This document shows positions 23,700 through 31,679 of a stretch of 41,196 nucleotides of DNA, in pieces; the stretch's first letter is position 1, and every line of letters begins with the position of its first letter. Origin of the DNA: Anaerolineales bacterium UBA4826. GTDB taxonomy: Bacteria > Chloroflexota > Anaerolineae > UBA4142. The notes under the pieces were generated by a model. It was given only the letters and a program-made list of their open reading frames with translations, was not told where the DNA came from and did no database searches. A program made the translations under genes and the position numbers. Location: positions 3,678 to 44,873 of the forward strand of contig DHFK01000084.1 of assembly GCA_002400365.1 (NCBI GenBank), in the 5' to 3' direction.

Positions 23700-23805
23700 G
23701 GCAATGTCACATTCCTTTTCTGCCACAGGGAACACAGAGGGCACAGAGACAAAAACGGGTTTTCTCTGTGTTCCCTGTGCCCTCTGTGGCGAATCTGACA
23801 TTGCC
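23700..23805. repeat. Nested inverted repeat with about 9-nt units (ctctgtgcc / ccctgtggc) in a divergent intergenic region
   Basis: gcaatgtcacattc...gccacagggaacacagagggcacagagac ... ttctctgtgttccctgtgccctctgtggc gaatctgacattgc. Confidence 0.8.
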
Positions 23806-23888
23806 AAACTACTTTCGCATTGAGAAAGACAATCCGCGTTAATCCGCGCTTGTCCGCGTCCCATTCAAACGACCTGGCTCAGTTGAGG

Positions 23889-24803
23889 ATGATCGGCAGA
23901 ATGAGTGTGCCCAGAAATTGTTTTGCGCCTTGGAGACTCGTAATGACAGTCGCCATGCTCGCGCTCGCCGCGTGCGTGGCTGACGCGCCAGTTCTCGCGC
24001 CGACTCCCGGCGTCCAAATCGTGCAGGTGATCGCGACCCCCGTCGCAACGCAGACTCCCACGGCGACCCGGCTGCCCACTACCGCGCCCACGCCAACTGC
24101 GTTCGTCACTGCGCCCGCGACAGGACAGGCGGCGATCGTTCCAATTTTGATGTATCATCATCTTGCCGATTTACCGGGCGACGCGGGCGAACTACGGCAA
24201 ACCTGGACGGTCGCGCCCAGAAATTTTAACGCGCAGATGGACTGGCTGGCGCAGCGCGGTTTCCACACGATCACGCTGGCGCAATTGACCGCGCACCTCA
24301 AACGCCAACAACCCTTGCCCGCCAAGCCCATCGTCATCTCGTTTGACGATGGCTGGGAAGAGCAATACGCCGTCGCGTTCCCGACGCTCAAGCGGCACAA
24401 TCTTATCGGCACATTCTTCGTCTACACCAATCCGATTGACCACGCCCAGTTCATGACCTGGGCGCAGTTGCAAGAGATGGCGGCGGCGGGCATGGACATC
24501 CAGGCGCATACGCTCTCGCATCCGCATTTGCGAACCCTTGCGCCCGACGCGGCGTACAAAGAAATCGTAGAGTCGAAGGCGATTTTGGAAAAGCGTCTGG
24601 GCAAGCCGATCATCGCGCTGGCGTATCCGTTCGGGGAATATAACAATGCGGTGATTGATCTGCTCAAGCGCGCGGGCTTTGAGAGCGCAGTCACTCTTGC
24701 AGCCGGCTATCGCCAGCGCGCGGACGAATTATTTACGCTGCATCGGATTCGGATGTCGTACAACGACACGCTGGACGATCTTGCCAAACGGCTGCCGCAG
24801 TGA
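23889..24803 (+). CDS. Polysaccharide deacetylase (NodB homology, CE4) lipoprotein/secreted protein
   Basis: LMYHHL...VISFDDGW...HTLSHPHL NodB motifs and a lipobox-like LALAAC. The start is uncertain (ATG at 23889, 23901 or 23943). The track start at 23820 lies next to the repeat. Confidence 0.82.
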   Translation: MIGRMSVPRNCFAPWRLVMTVAMLALAACVADAPVLAPTPGVQIVQVIATPVATQTPTATRLPTTAPTPTAFVTAPATGQAAIVPILMYHHLADLPGDAGELRQTWTVAPRNFNAQMDWLAQRGFHTITLAQLTAHLKRQQPLPAKPIVISFDDGWEEQYAVAFPTLKRHNLIGTFFVYTNPIDHAQFMTWAQLQEMAAAGMDIQAHTLSHPHLRTLAPDAAYKEIVESKAILEKRLGKPIIALAYPFGEYNNAVIDLLKRAGFESAVTLAAGYRQRADELFTLHRIRMSYNDTLDDLAKRLPQ

Positions 24804-24903
24804 TTCGCGACCTGGTGAACTTTCACGTATGTTTTATGGTATTTTCATCCTACTTTAATCAACTTGGCGCATAATCGGAGAGCAGAACAAAGAGGGGTGC
24901 GGA

Positions 24904-26037
24904 ATGCAGAAAACAAACAATGTCTTGTTGTCGTGTATCATCGTGCTGGCTGTGTTACTGGGAATCGTCGGCGGTGGAGTCATGGGTGGACTCGCCGGCT
25001 ACTATGTGGCTCAATCGGCTAGACCCGTGGAGGTCGCCGCGCCGATCGCGGCGTTAAACAGTCCGACGGCTTCGCCGGTAATCCCGACGACCAGTCTGAC
25101 TCTGAAAGAAGATTCGGCGGTGATTGACGCGGCGCGCAAGGTCAAGCCGGCGGTCGTCACCGTCGTCAATCGAATGCAACAGCGACGCGGATTCTTTGGC
25201 GGGATTATCTCGCCGGCTGCTTCGGGCTCGGGTCTTATCATTGATGACAAAGGATACATCGTGACGAACGATCATGTCGTCGAAGGCGCAACCAGTATCC
25301 AGGTGGTCTTTTCGGATGGCACCAAAGCCGATGCGAAACTGATCGGCGCAGATCCGCTGGCAGACCTCGCGGTGATTAAGGTGGATACAGCGGTGCCCGC
25401 CGCTGCGCCCTTTGGCGATTCCGCTTCGCTTCAGCCGGGGCAAATCGCGATTGCGATCGGCAGTCCGCTGGGCGATTTTCGCGGCACGGTCACGATGGGT
25501 GTGGTCAGCGCGCTGAATCGAACGGTCGGACGACAGCAGGGCTTGATCCAGACGGACGCCGCGATCAACAATGGCAATTCCGGCGGACCGTTGATCAATA
25601 CGCTGGGTCAGGTCATCGGCATTAATACGCTGGTCGTGCGCAGCACCAACGAAGGCAATGTGGCGGAAGGATTGGGCTTTGCGATTCCATCGAACCTAGT
25701 GCGCGAGATCGTGACGCAGTTGATTGCCAAGGGGCGGGTTGACCGCGCCTACATCGGTATCAGTTACCAGCCGGTGGATCCGCTGTCCACGAGCGGGTTG
25801 AACTTGAATACGACGTACGGCGTGGTGATTACCCAGGTTGAGCCGGGCACACCCGCGGCGCGCGCCGGCTTGCAAGAAGGCGACGTTCTCTTGGCGTTCG
25901 ATGGACAGCGCTTGGATCAAGATGCGCTGACGACCATGCTGTTGAAACGCAAAGCCGGCGAAACGATCACGTTGACAATTCTCCGCGACGGCAAGCAGTC
26001 GGATGTTCAAGTGACTCTGGTCGCGCGGCAACAATAG
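24904..26037 (+). CDS. HtrA/DegP-family serine protease with a PDZ domain
   Basis: 377 aa. N-terminal TM, TNDHVV (His), D-containing loop, GNSGGPL (Ser), and a C-terminal PDZ (GLQEGDVLLAFDGQ). Confidence 0.92.
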   Translation: MQKTNNVLLSCIIVLAVLLGIVGGGVMGGLAGYYVAQSARPVEVAAPIAALNSPTASPVIPTTSLTLKEDSAVIDAARKVKPAVVTVVNRMQQRRGFFGGIISPAASGSGLIIDDKGYIVTNDHVVEGATSIQVVFSDGTKADAKLIGADPLADLAVIKVDTAVPAAAPFGDSASLQPGQIAIAIGSPLGDFRGTVTMGVVSALNRTVGRQQGLIQTDAAINNGNSGGPLINTLGQVIGINTLVVRSTNEGNVAEGLGFAIPSNLVREIVTQLIAKGRVDRAYIGISYQPVDPLSTSGLNLNTTYGVVITQVEPGTPAARAGLQEGDVLLAFDGQRLDQDALTTMLLKRKAGETITLTILRDGKQSDVQVTLVARQQ

Positions 26038-26042
26038 ATGGC

Positions 26043-26072
26043 GAAACCCGGCGTTGCCAAGAGCCGGGTTTC
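26043..26072 (+). terminator. Hairpin after htrA
   Basis: gaaacccggc-gttgccaaga-gccgggtttc. Weak T tail. Confidence 0.5.
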
Positions 26073-26081
26073 TGGAAAGCG

Positions 26082-26114
26082 ATCACCCGCTCGGACAAGT
26101 TCCGGGCGGGTGAT
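26082..26114 (-). terminator. Hairpin after the 26118-27434 gene
   Basis: atcacccgc(t)cgga-caagt-tccg(g)gcgggtgat. About 14 bp stem with one mismatch. Confidence 0.5.
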
Positions 26115-26117
26115 TTC

Positions 26118-27434
26118 TTATTGAAACTTGGCTTTCAGAATTTCCGCTAACGTCGGCTGGCCGATCTCCTGCAACTCGTAACGCACGCGCTGCGTCGGGT
26201 GCTGGATGCGCACGACGCGGCGCAAATCAATCGGCGTAGCGATCAAGACCAGGTCCACCGGCGCGGCGTTGATCGTCGTCTCCAGTTCCTGAACCTGCTT
26301 GGCGCCATAGCCCATGGCGGGCAGCACTTGGCCGGTGGACGGATATTTCGCGTACGTTTCTTTGATCGAGCCGACCGCGTACGGACGCGGGTCAATGATC
26401 TCCGCCGCGCCGAATTTCTGCGCGGCGATCACCCCCGCGCCAAACGCCATCTCGCCGTGGGTCAGCGTGGGGCCATCTTCGATGACCAGCACGCGCTTGC
26501 CGCGAATGGATACCGGATCGTCCACGAAGATCGGGGAGGCGGCTTCGACGACGCGGGCGGTGGGGTTGGCGAAATGAACGTTCGCGCGCACCCGGTTGAT
26601 GCCCTCGACGTTCGCGGTGTCCACTTTGTTGATGACGACGACGTCCGCCATCCGCAAATTCGTTTCGCCCGGATGATACAGCAATTCGTGCCCGGCGCGA
26701 TGCGGGTCCACCACGACGATCAAGAGGTCGGGTTGATAGAACGGGAAATCGTTGTTGCCGCCGTCCCATAAAATAATGTCGGCTTCGGTTTCCGCCTGGC
26801 GCAAAATCTTTGCATAGTCCACGCCGGCGTAAATGACCGTGCCGTGAACAATGTGCGGTTCGTATTCCTCGCGCTCTTCGATGGTTGTCTGATGCTGGTC
26901 CAAATCGTCGAGCGTGGCAAAGCGCTGGACCGCTTGCTGGACGAGATTCCCGTATGGCATCGGATGGCGAACGGCGACGACGCGCTTACCCAGCGCGCGC
27001 AGTTCGGCGGCGACCGCGCGCGTGGTCTGCGATTTGCCAGCCCCGGTGCGCACGGCGCACACCGCGACCACGGGCTTGTCGGACCTGACCATCGTGGCGC
27101 GCGGTCCGAGAATTCGAAAATCCGCGCCGGTCGCGAGCGCGACCGACGCGCGGTGCATCACCGTTTCGTGCGAGACGTCGCTGTACGCAAAGATGACTTG
27201 GTCAACCTGGTGCGCCTGGACCAGGTTGGGCAAATCGCTTTCCGGGTGAATCGGAATTCCTTCGGGATAGAGCGAACCGGCGAGCCCGGCGGGGTACACG
27301 CGTCCTTCGATATTGGGAATCTGCGTCGCGGTAAACGCGACCACCTGGTACGCGGGGTTGTCGCGAAAACAGACATTAAAGTTGTGAAAGTCGCGCCCCG
27401 CCGCGCCCATGATGACGACTTTGATTTTGTTCAT
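26118..27434 (-). CDS. COG2403-type predicted P-loop GTPase (family often annotated cyclic 2,3-diphosphoglycerate synthetase-like)
   Basis: I prefer the start MNKIKVVIMGAAGRDFHNFNVCFRDNP at 27434 (GGAGA SD). The upstream extension lies inside a repeat. P-loop RTGAGKSQTT. Confidence 0.7.
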   Translation of the reverse strand: MNKIKVVIMGAAGRDFHNFNVCFRDNPAYQVVAFTATQIPNIEGRVYPAGLAGSLYPEGIPIHPESDLPNLVQAHQVDQVIFAYSDVSHETVMHRASVALATGADFRILGPRATMVRSDKPVVAVCAVRTGAGKSQTTRAVAAELRALGKRVVAVRHPMPYGNLVQQAVQRFATLDDLDQHQTTIEEREEYEPHIVHGTVIYAGVDYAKILRQAETEADIILWDGGNNDFPFYQPDLLIVVVDPHRAGHELLYHPGETNLRMADVVVINKVDTANVEGINRVRANVHFANPTARVVEAASPIFVDDPVSIRGKRVLVIEDGPTLTHGEMAFGAGVIAAQKFGAAEIIDPRPYAVGSIKETYAKYPSTGQVLPAMGYGAKQVQELETTINAAPVDLVLIATPIDLRRVVRIQHPTQRVRYELQEIGQPTLAEILKAKFQ

Positions 27435-27456
27435 CGGTTCTATTCTCCGTTTATGA

Positions 27457-27519
27457 ATGCGACGCACCGCTCCTTCGCCCTTCGACTACGCTCAGGGCGC
27501 TCAGGACGGTGCGTCGCAT
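27457..27519. repeat. 13-bp-stem inverted repeat atgcgacgcaccg...cggtgcgtcgcat with a 37-nt loop
   Basis: Read directly. The same 12-mer atgcgacgcacc forms the stem of the terminator at 12780-12809. Confidence 0.8.
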
Positions 27520-27520
27520 C

Positions 27521-28120
27521 TTATTCTGCTTCGTCCGGCGGTTCTTCCAGCGGGACGCGCAGGCGTTGGAGCGCGCGTGTGGTGTCGCGGTGATCGGCTT
27601 GCGCCACGCGCGCGCGGCGATAAGCCAAGATGGCATCGTCGAGTCGCCGCGCGCGTTCGTACGCCTGGCCCAGTTGGAACCACAAATCGGCGTCCTCCGC
27701 CAGCATCGCGCCGGCTTCCAATGCGCCCGCGGCTTGATCCCACATTTCCGCGCCGAGGTAGGCTTGCGCCAGCAAATGCGCGGCAGCGCCGTCGCCGGGC
27801 GCAAGGTTCAGCGTTTGGCGCAGTTGGTTCACCGCGTCGTCCAGGCGGTCTTGCGCCAAATAGATCTCGGCGAGTTCGCGCCGCGCTTGCGTGTCGAACG
27901 GCTCGAGGCGAATGACCTCGCGCAGTTCGATGATCGCGTGGTCGTCGTCACCTTGCTCGGCGTACGCGATGCCAAGATTGAAATGCGCGTCACCGTGGTC
28001 GGGATCGAGTTCGACGGCCTCCTGCCATTCCGCGATCGCGCGGTCGCGCAGTCCGCTTTCGTCGAATTGATTGCCGCGCGCGAAATGTTCTTCGGCGGCG
28101 CGGCGCAGGTCGGTAGCCAT
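27521..28120 (-). CDS. Tetratricopeptide repeat protein
   Basis: 199 aa. Repeated A..Y/F..LG.AY...G....A-type TPR units (AHFNLGIAYAEQGDDDHAI etc.). Confidence 0.8.
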   Translation of the reverse strand: MATDLRRAAEEHFARGNQFDESGLRDRAIAEWQEAVELDPDHGDAHFNLGIAYAEQGDDDHAIIELREVIRLEPFDTQARRELAEIYLAQDRLDDAVNQLRQTLNLAPGDGAAAHLLAQAYLGAEMWDQAAGALEAGAMLAEDADLWFQLGQAYERARRLDDAILAYRRARVAQADHRDTTRALQRLRVPLEEPPDEAE

Positions 28121-28128
28121 CGGTCGAA

Positions 28129-28551
28129 TCAGTGCCGCAATTCGCCGGCTGGATGCTCTTGCAAGAACGCGCCCAGTACGCCGTTCACAAAGCGGGGGGC
28201 GGTGTCGCTGCCGAACGTCTTTGCCAACTCGACGGCTTCGTTGACCGCGACCTTGATCGGGACGTCGGCGTTATGCCGCAATTCGTAGAGCGCGATGCGC
28301 AAGATGTTTCGATCTACGATCGCCAACTGGTCAACGGGCCATTCCGGCGCGTGCTTTTGGATGATGCCGTCGAGTTCCTTGACGCAATGGACGACGCCCT
28401 GGACCAGAGCGAGCGCAAACGCCGCGCCTTCTTCCGCCACGCGCTCATTCTCGATCCGATATTGGAGCGCCTGGGTGGGGTCGTGTCCTGCGCTGTCAAT
28501 CTCAAAAAGCGCCTGCAATGCGATGGCGCGTGCCTGGCGTCGAAGTTTCAA
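28129..28551 (-). CDS. nusB: Transcription antitermination factor NusB
   Basis: 140 aa. RRQARAIALQALFEID...IVDRNILRIALYEL...VAVNEAVELAKTFG...FVNGVL. Confidence 0.9.
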   Translation of the reverse strand: MKLRRQARAIALQALFEIDSAGHDPTQALQYRIENERVAEEGAAFALALVQGVVHCVKELDGIIQKHAPEWPVDQLAIVDRNILRIALYELRHNADVPIKVAVNEAVELAKTFGSDTAPRFVNGVLGAFLQEHPAGELRH

Positions 28552-28561
28552 AAATTCCTCC

Positions 28562-28589
28562 GTAGGACAAATTTACAAATTTGTCCTAC
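28562..28589. repeat. Palindrome gtaggacaaattt-ac-aaatttgtcctac, with a degenerate second copy at about 28611-28635
   Basis: Read directly. Lies between asp23 and nusB. The second copy overlaps the asp23 stop. Confidence 0.75.
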
Positions 28590-28621
28590 GCAAAAAGCGC
28601 CTGCGATGCGATAGGACAAGT

Positions 28622-28987
28622 TCACAAATTCGTCCGGCTTGATTCGCCGGGCGCGCGATCGGCGACGTCTTCGATGTGAATGTTGATTTCTTTGACCGGC
28701 ATCCCGATCCCGTCGTGGATCGCGCGCGTGATCTCGCGCTGCAAGGTTTGTCCCAGGTGCAGCATCTGCGCGTCCGGTTCGGCGACGATGTACACGTCAA
28801 TCGAAACGGTGTGATCCTCGATTTCGATTTCGATGCCCTCGGCTGCTTTGCCGCCGAACAATCGTTTGACGCCGCCTTGAAAGGTCGGCGCAAGGCGCGC
28901 GACGCCCGGCGTTGCCAGCGCGGTCAAGCGGACGAGCGACAGCAGCACTTCGGGCGCAACGGTCACGGTTCCCAGGTTCTCTTCCAT
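28622..28987 (-). CDS. Asp23/Gls24-family (alkaline shock) protein
   Basis: 121 aa. VTVAPEVLLSLVRLTALATPGVARL...VSIDVYIVAEPDAQM...IHIEDV. The asp23-nusB pairing matches yqhY-nusB in Bacillus. Confidence 0.85.
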   Translation of the reverse strand: MEENLGTVTVAPEVLLSLVRLTALATPGVARLAPTFQGGVKRLFGGKAAEGIEIEIEDHTVSIDVYIVAEPDAQMLHLGQTLQREITRAIHDGIGMPVKEINIHIEDVADRAPGESSRTNL

Positions 28988-29001
28988 TGGCGATGTCCTC
29001 T

Positions 29002-29745
29002 CTAGGTCATCCCGCCATCCGCGGCGATGACCTGACCCGTGATGTAACTCGCCTCGTCCGACGCGAGGAACGCGACGATGTTCGCGATCTCTTCGGGGGT
29101 GCCCATCCGTCCCAGCGCGGTCAACTTGACGATGCCATCTTTGATTTCTTGCGGCAATACGTTCGTCAGGTCGGTCGGAACGTAACCGGGCGCAACCGCG
29201 TTGACCGCGATGTTTTTCGCGCCGTACTCTTTCGCCATTGCCTTGGTGAAGCCGATGACGCCGGCTTTCGAAGCGGAGTAGTTGGTCTGCCCTGGATTGC
29301 CGACGATGCCGGCGACCGAGGTCATGTTGACGATGCGACCGTATTTCTGTTTCATCATCTGGCGCAGCACGGCTTTGCTCATGTTAAAGACGCTTTTCAA
29401 ATTGCTCTGGATGATGGAATCGAATTCCTCTTCCTTCATCAGCGCGAGGAGATTGTCGCGCGTGGTTCCCGCGTTGTTGACTAGAATATCCAGGCGGCCG
29501 TATGCTTCGACCGCGGCTTTGACGACGGCTTGCGCGACGGCGAACTGGCTAACGTCGCCCTGCACGGCAATCGCCGCGCCGCCGCTTTGCTTGATCTCCG
29601 CGACGACTTGATCCGCGGCGCTGGCGTTCTTGTTGTAATTGACGACGACGCGCGCGCCGAGCGCCGCGAGTTTGAGCGCGCACGCGCGTCCGATGCCGCG
29701 CGACGCGCCGGTGACGAGCGCGACTTTGCCCGTGAGGTTCATCAT
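29002..29745 (-). CDS. fabG: 3-oxoacyl-ACP reductase
   Basis: 247 aa. KVALVTGASRGIGRA...NNAG...YSASKAG...GQVIAADGGM. Confidence 0.92.
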   Translation of the reverse strand: MMNLTGKVALVTGASRGIGRACALKLAALGARVVVNYNKNASAADQVVAEIKQSGGAAIAVQGDVSQFAVAQAVVKAAVEAYGRLDILVNNAGTTRDNLLALMKEEEFDSIIQSNLKSVFNMSKAVLRQMMKQKYGRIVNMTSVAGIVGNPGQTNYSASKAGVIGFTKAMAKEYGAKNIAVNAVAPGYVPTDLTNVLPQEIKDGIVKLTALGRMGTPEEIANIVAFLASDEASYITGQVIAADGGMT

Positions 29746-29856
29746 ACACTCCTTCAGGTTATGTTTTTGCTCTTGTCCCGTGCTTTTTGGGCAACAGCGA
29801 AATCAGACTTGCGCCGTCACCTCACGAAATGAAGGGCGTGCTGTAGAACGCCATAG

Positions 29857-29923
29857 CCCCACGCAACGGCGGATGAATTGAAAGTACCTTCCAATTGCAA
29901 GCCGCCCCGCCGTTGTCGTGGGG
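29857..29923 (-). terminator. Long imperfect hairpin downstream of the antitoxin gene (possible terminator/insulator)
   Basis: ccccacgcaacggcgg ... ccgccgttg(t)cgtgggg, about 16 bp stem with a 34-nt loop. No clear U-tract. Confidence 0.35.
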
Positions 29924-29961
29924 CGTGTGTTTGGCGGCGTTCAGTTTTCGATTCGCGCGCC

Positions 29962-30234
29962 CTATTTGCGATTCCGTTCTTTCACGGCTTTCCAAAATTG
30001 ATCGCGCGATAGACCTTTGCCGTCCCTGATGCTTCGCCGTGACTTATTCAACAATGCTTGAAAGCGTGGTGAACGTGCCAAGAGCAGACGTTCCAGGTCT
30101 TCATCATCTTCAGGTGCAATCAAGACTGCCGCAGTTCTTCCATTGCGCGTGATGACAACAGGTCCCCTGCTTGGCAATTCCTCGATATAAGCACTCAGGC
30201 GCGCTTTAACGTCCGCCAGCGATGCTACTTTCAT
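29962..30234 (-). CDS. Phd/YefM-family type II antitoxin
   Basis: Internal ATG at 30234 overlaps the toxin stop (ATGA). MKVASLADVKARLSAYIEELPSRGPVVITRNGRTAAVLIAPEDDEDLERLLL. Confidence 0.8.
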   Translation of the reverse strand: MKVASLADVKARLSAYIEELPSRGPVVITRNGRTAAVLIAPEDDEDLERLLLARSPRFQALLNKSRRSIRDGKGLSRDQFWKAVKERNRK

Positions 30235-30554
30235 ATCTGAACCTCCTTTCCACCGATAAACAACTGACTGCCCTCTTTTTCTCCAATGGCTAGGACTTCC
30301 ACAGTTTGTTCGATCGAGTCTACCTCGTAGAAAACGCGGAAACGATTGTTTGCTCCGAAGCGCAATTCCCATGTTGCGCCAAAAGACGTAGGACGTTCAA
30401 GCGGCTTGCGATTGCGCGTCTCTTGGTCTGGCGCAAAACTCAACTGCTCATCAATTGTCTTTGCGATGAGACTGTGGTATTTGCGCTCAATGGCGTCAAG
30501 GTGGTCAACAGTTTCTGGGGCAAATTCGAGGGTAAATTTAGGTCGGTGTACCAT
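30231..30554 (-). CDS. RelE/ParE-superfamily type II toxin
   Basis: 107 aa. WELRFGANNRFRVFYEVDSIEQTVEVLAIGEKEG is the typical RelE/ParE C-terminal core. It lies upstream of its antitoxin. Confidence 0.78.
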   Translation of the reverse strand: MVHRPKFTLEFAPETVDHLDAIERKYHSLIAKTIDEQLSFAPDQETRNRKPLERPTSFGATWELRFGANNRFRVFYEVDSIEQTVEVLAIGEKEGSQLFIGGKEVQI

Positions 30555-30561
30555 GACTACA

Positions 30562-30589
30562 ATTATAGTCCCAATTCTGATCGTGTCAA
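30562..30589 (-). promoter_or_regulatory. Consensus sigma70 promoter of the TA cassette, predicted to give a leaderless mRNA
   Basis: The minus strand reads TTGACA (30589-30584), 16 nt, TATAAT (30567-30562), tgtagtc, ATG (30554). The -10 box sits inside the near-palindrome GACTATAATTGTAGTC (30555-30570). Confidence 0.7.
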
Positions 30590-30654
30590 TTTACGGTGGA
30601 AAGGCGCATTGCGGATTCAACGGCATGTCACAAACTTACGTTACCCGCAACCAA

Positions 30655-30719
30655 GTATCTACATATAGATGCTTGCATCTATATCTATGTGCTTTTCCTG
30701 GTATCTACATCTATATACC
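30655..30719. repeat. AT-rich cluster of ATCTA(C/T)AT(A/C)TA repeats
   Basis: gtatctacatatagatg / gcatctatatctatgtg / gtatctacatctatatacc. The 10-mer gtatctacat occurs twice (30655-30664, 30701-30710). Confidence 0.7.
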
Positions 30720-30749
30720 AGCGTGGCTTGACGCGCACTGCGCCGACGG

Positions 30750-31673
30750 CTACCCCGCCGCTTCCCCAAACGCCTTCACGCTCGCCACATCGCCAATGCT
30801 GACCGCGTGCAGGTCCTTGTTGATGCGGCGCACCAAGCCCGCCAGCACGTCTTTGGACCCCAGTTCGACGAATTGGGTCACGCCGTGCGCGGCAATGTAC
30901 TCCACCGACTTGATCCACTGCACCGACGAGGTCAACTGCGCGACGAGTTCACCGCGGATTTCGTCCGGCGTGGCAAGCGGCAGCGCGGTGACGTTCGAAA
31001 TCACCGGCGTCTTGGGCGCGCGGAGCGGCGTGCGCGCGACGGCGGCGGCAAATTCTTGCGCGGCGGACTCCATCAACCGTGAGTGCGAGGCGATGCTGAC
31101 CGCGAGCACGATCGCGCGTTTAGCGCCGCGCGCTTTGGCGAGTTCGACCGCGCGCGCGAGCGCGGGCTTGGCGCCAGAGATCACGATCTGCCCCGGCGCG
31201 TTATAGTTCGCGATTTGCACGCCGGCTTCGGCGCAGATGGCTTCGAGCGCGCGCGTGTCTATGCCGATCATCGCCGCCATCGCGCCCGGACTATTTTCGC
31301 CGGCTTGTTTCATCACGCGCCCGCGCGCCCGCACGAGTTTCAGCGCGTCGGCAAAATCCAGCGCGTCCGCGGCGACGAGCGCAGAGTACTCGCCCAGCGA
31401 ATGTCCGGCGACGAATGAAGCAAGCACGTCGGGCTTGAGTTGCTGCAAGACCCGCAACGCGGCGATGCTGTGCGTCAGGAGCGCGGGCTGCGCGTTGATC
31501 GTGTCGGTCAAGACGTCTTCGGGTCCGTCGAAGCAGAGCGCGGAGAGCGTAAAGCCAAGCACGGCGTCTGCCTCCTCGAAAAGCGCGCGCGCTTTGGGAT
31601 ATGCGGTGACGAGGTCTTGCCCCATGCCGACGTATTGCGAGCCTTGCCCTGGGAAAACGAATGCAGTCTTCAC
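30750..31673 (-). CDS. fabD: Malonyl-CoA:ACP transacylase
   Basis: 307 aa with a GTG start. AFVFPGQGSQYVGMG...GHSLGEYSALV. Confidence 0.92.
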   Translation of the reverse strand: MKTAFVFPGQGSQYVGMGQDLVTAYPKARALFEEADAVLGFTLSALCFDGPEDVLTDTINAQPALLTHSIAALRVLQQLKPDVLASFVAGHSLGEYSALVAADALDFADALKLVRARGRVMKQAGENSPGAMAAMIGIDTRALEAICAEAGVQIANYNAPGQIVISGAKPALARAVELAKARGAKRAIVLAVSIASHSRLMESAAQEFAAAVARTPLRAPKTPVISNVTALPLATPDEIRGELVAQLTSSVQWIKSVEYIAAHGVTQFVELGSKDVLAGLVRRINKDLHAVSIGDVASVKAFGEAAG

Positions 31674-31679
31674 AATTTT

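Noticed and set aside
29750-29800. Possible fabG-proximal promoter (minus strand TTGCCC ... CATAAC).
   Set aside because: Spacing and hexamer quality are poor, so I could not support a call. How fabG is transcribed downstream of the TA cassette remains open.
30346-31206. 286-aa plus-strand ORF spanning the TA promoter region and the fabD 3' end.
   Set aside because: It runs antisense to fabD and to the toxin gene and crosses the AT-rich repeat region. It has no recognisable motif and no SD.
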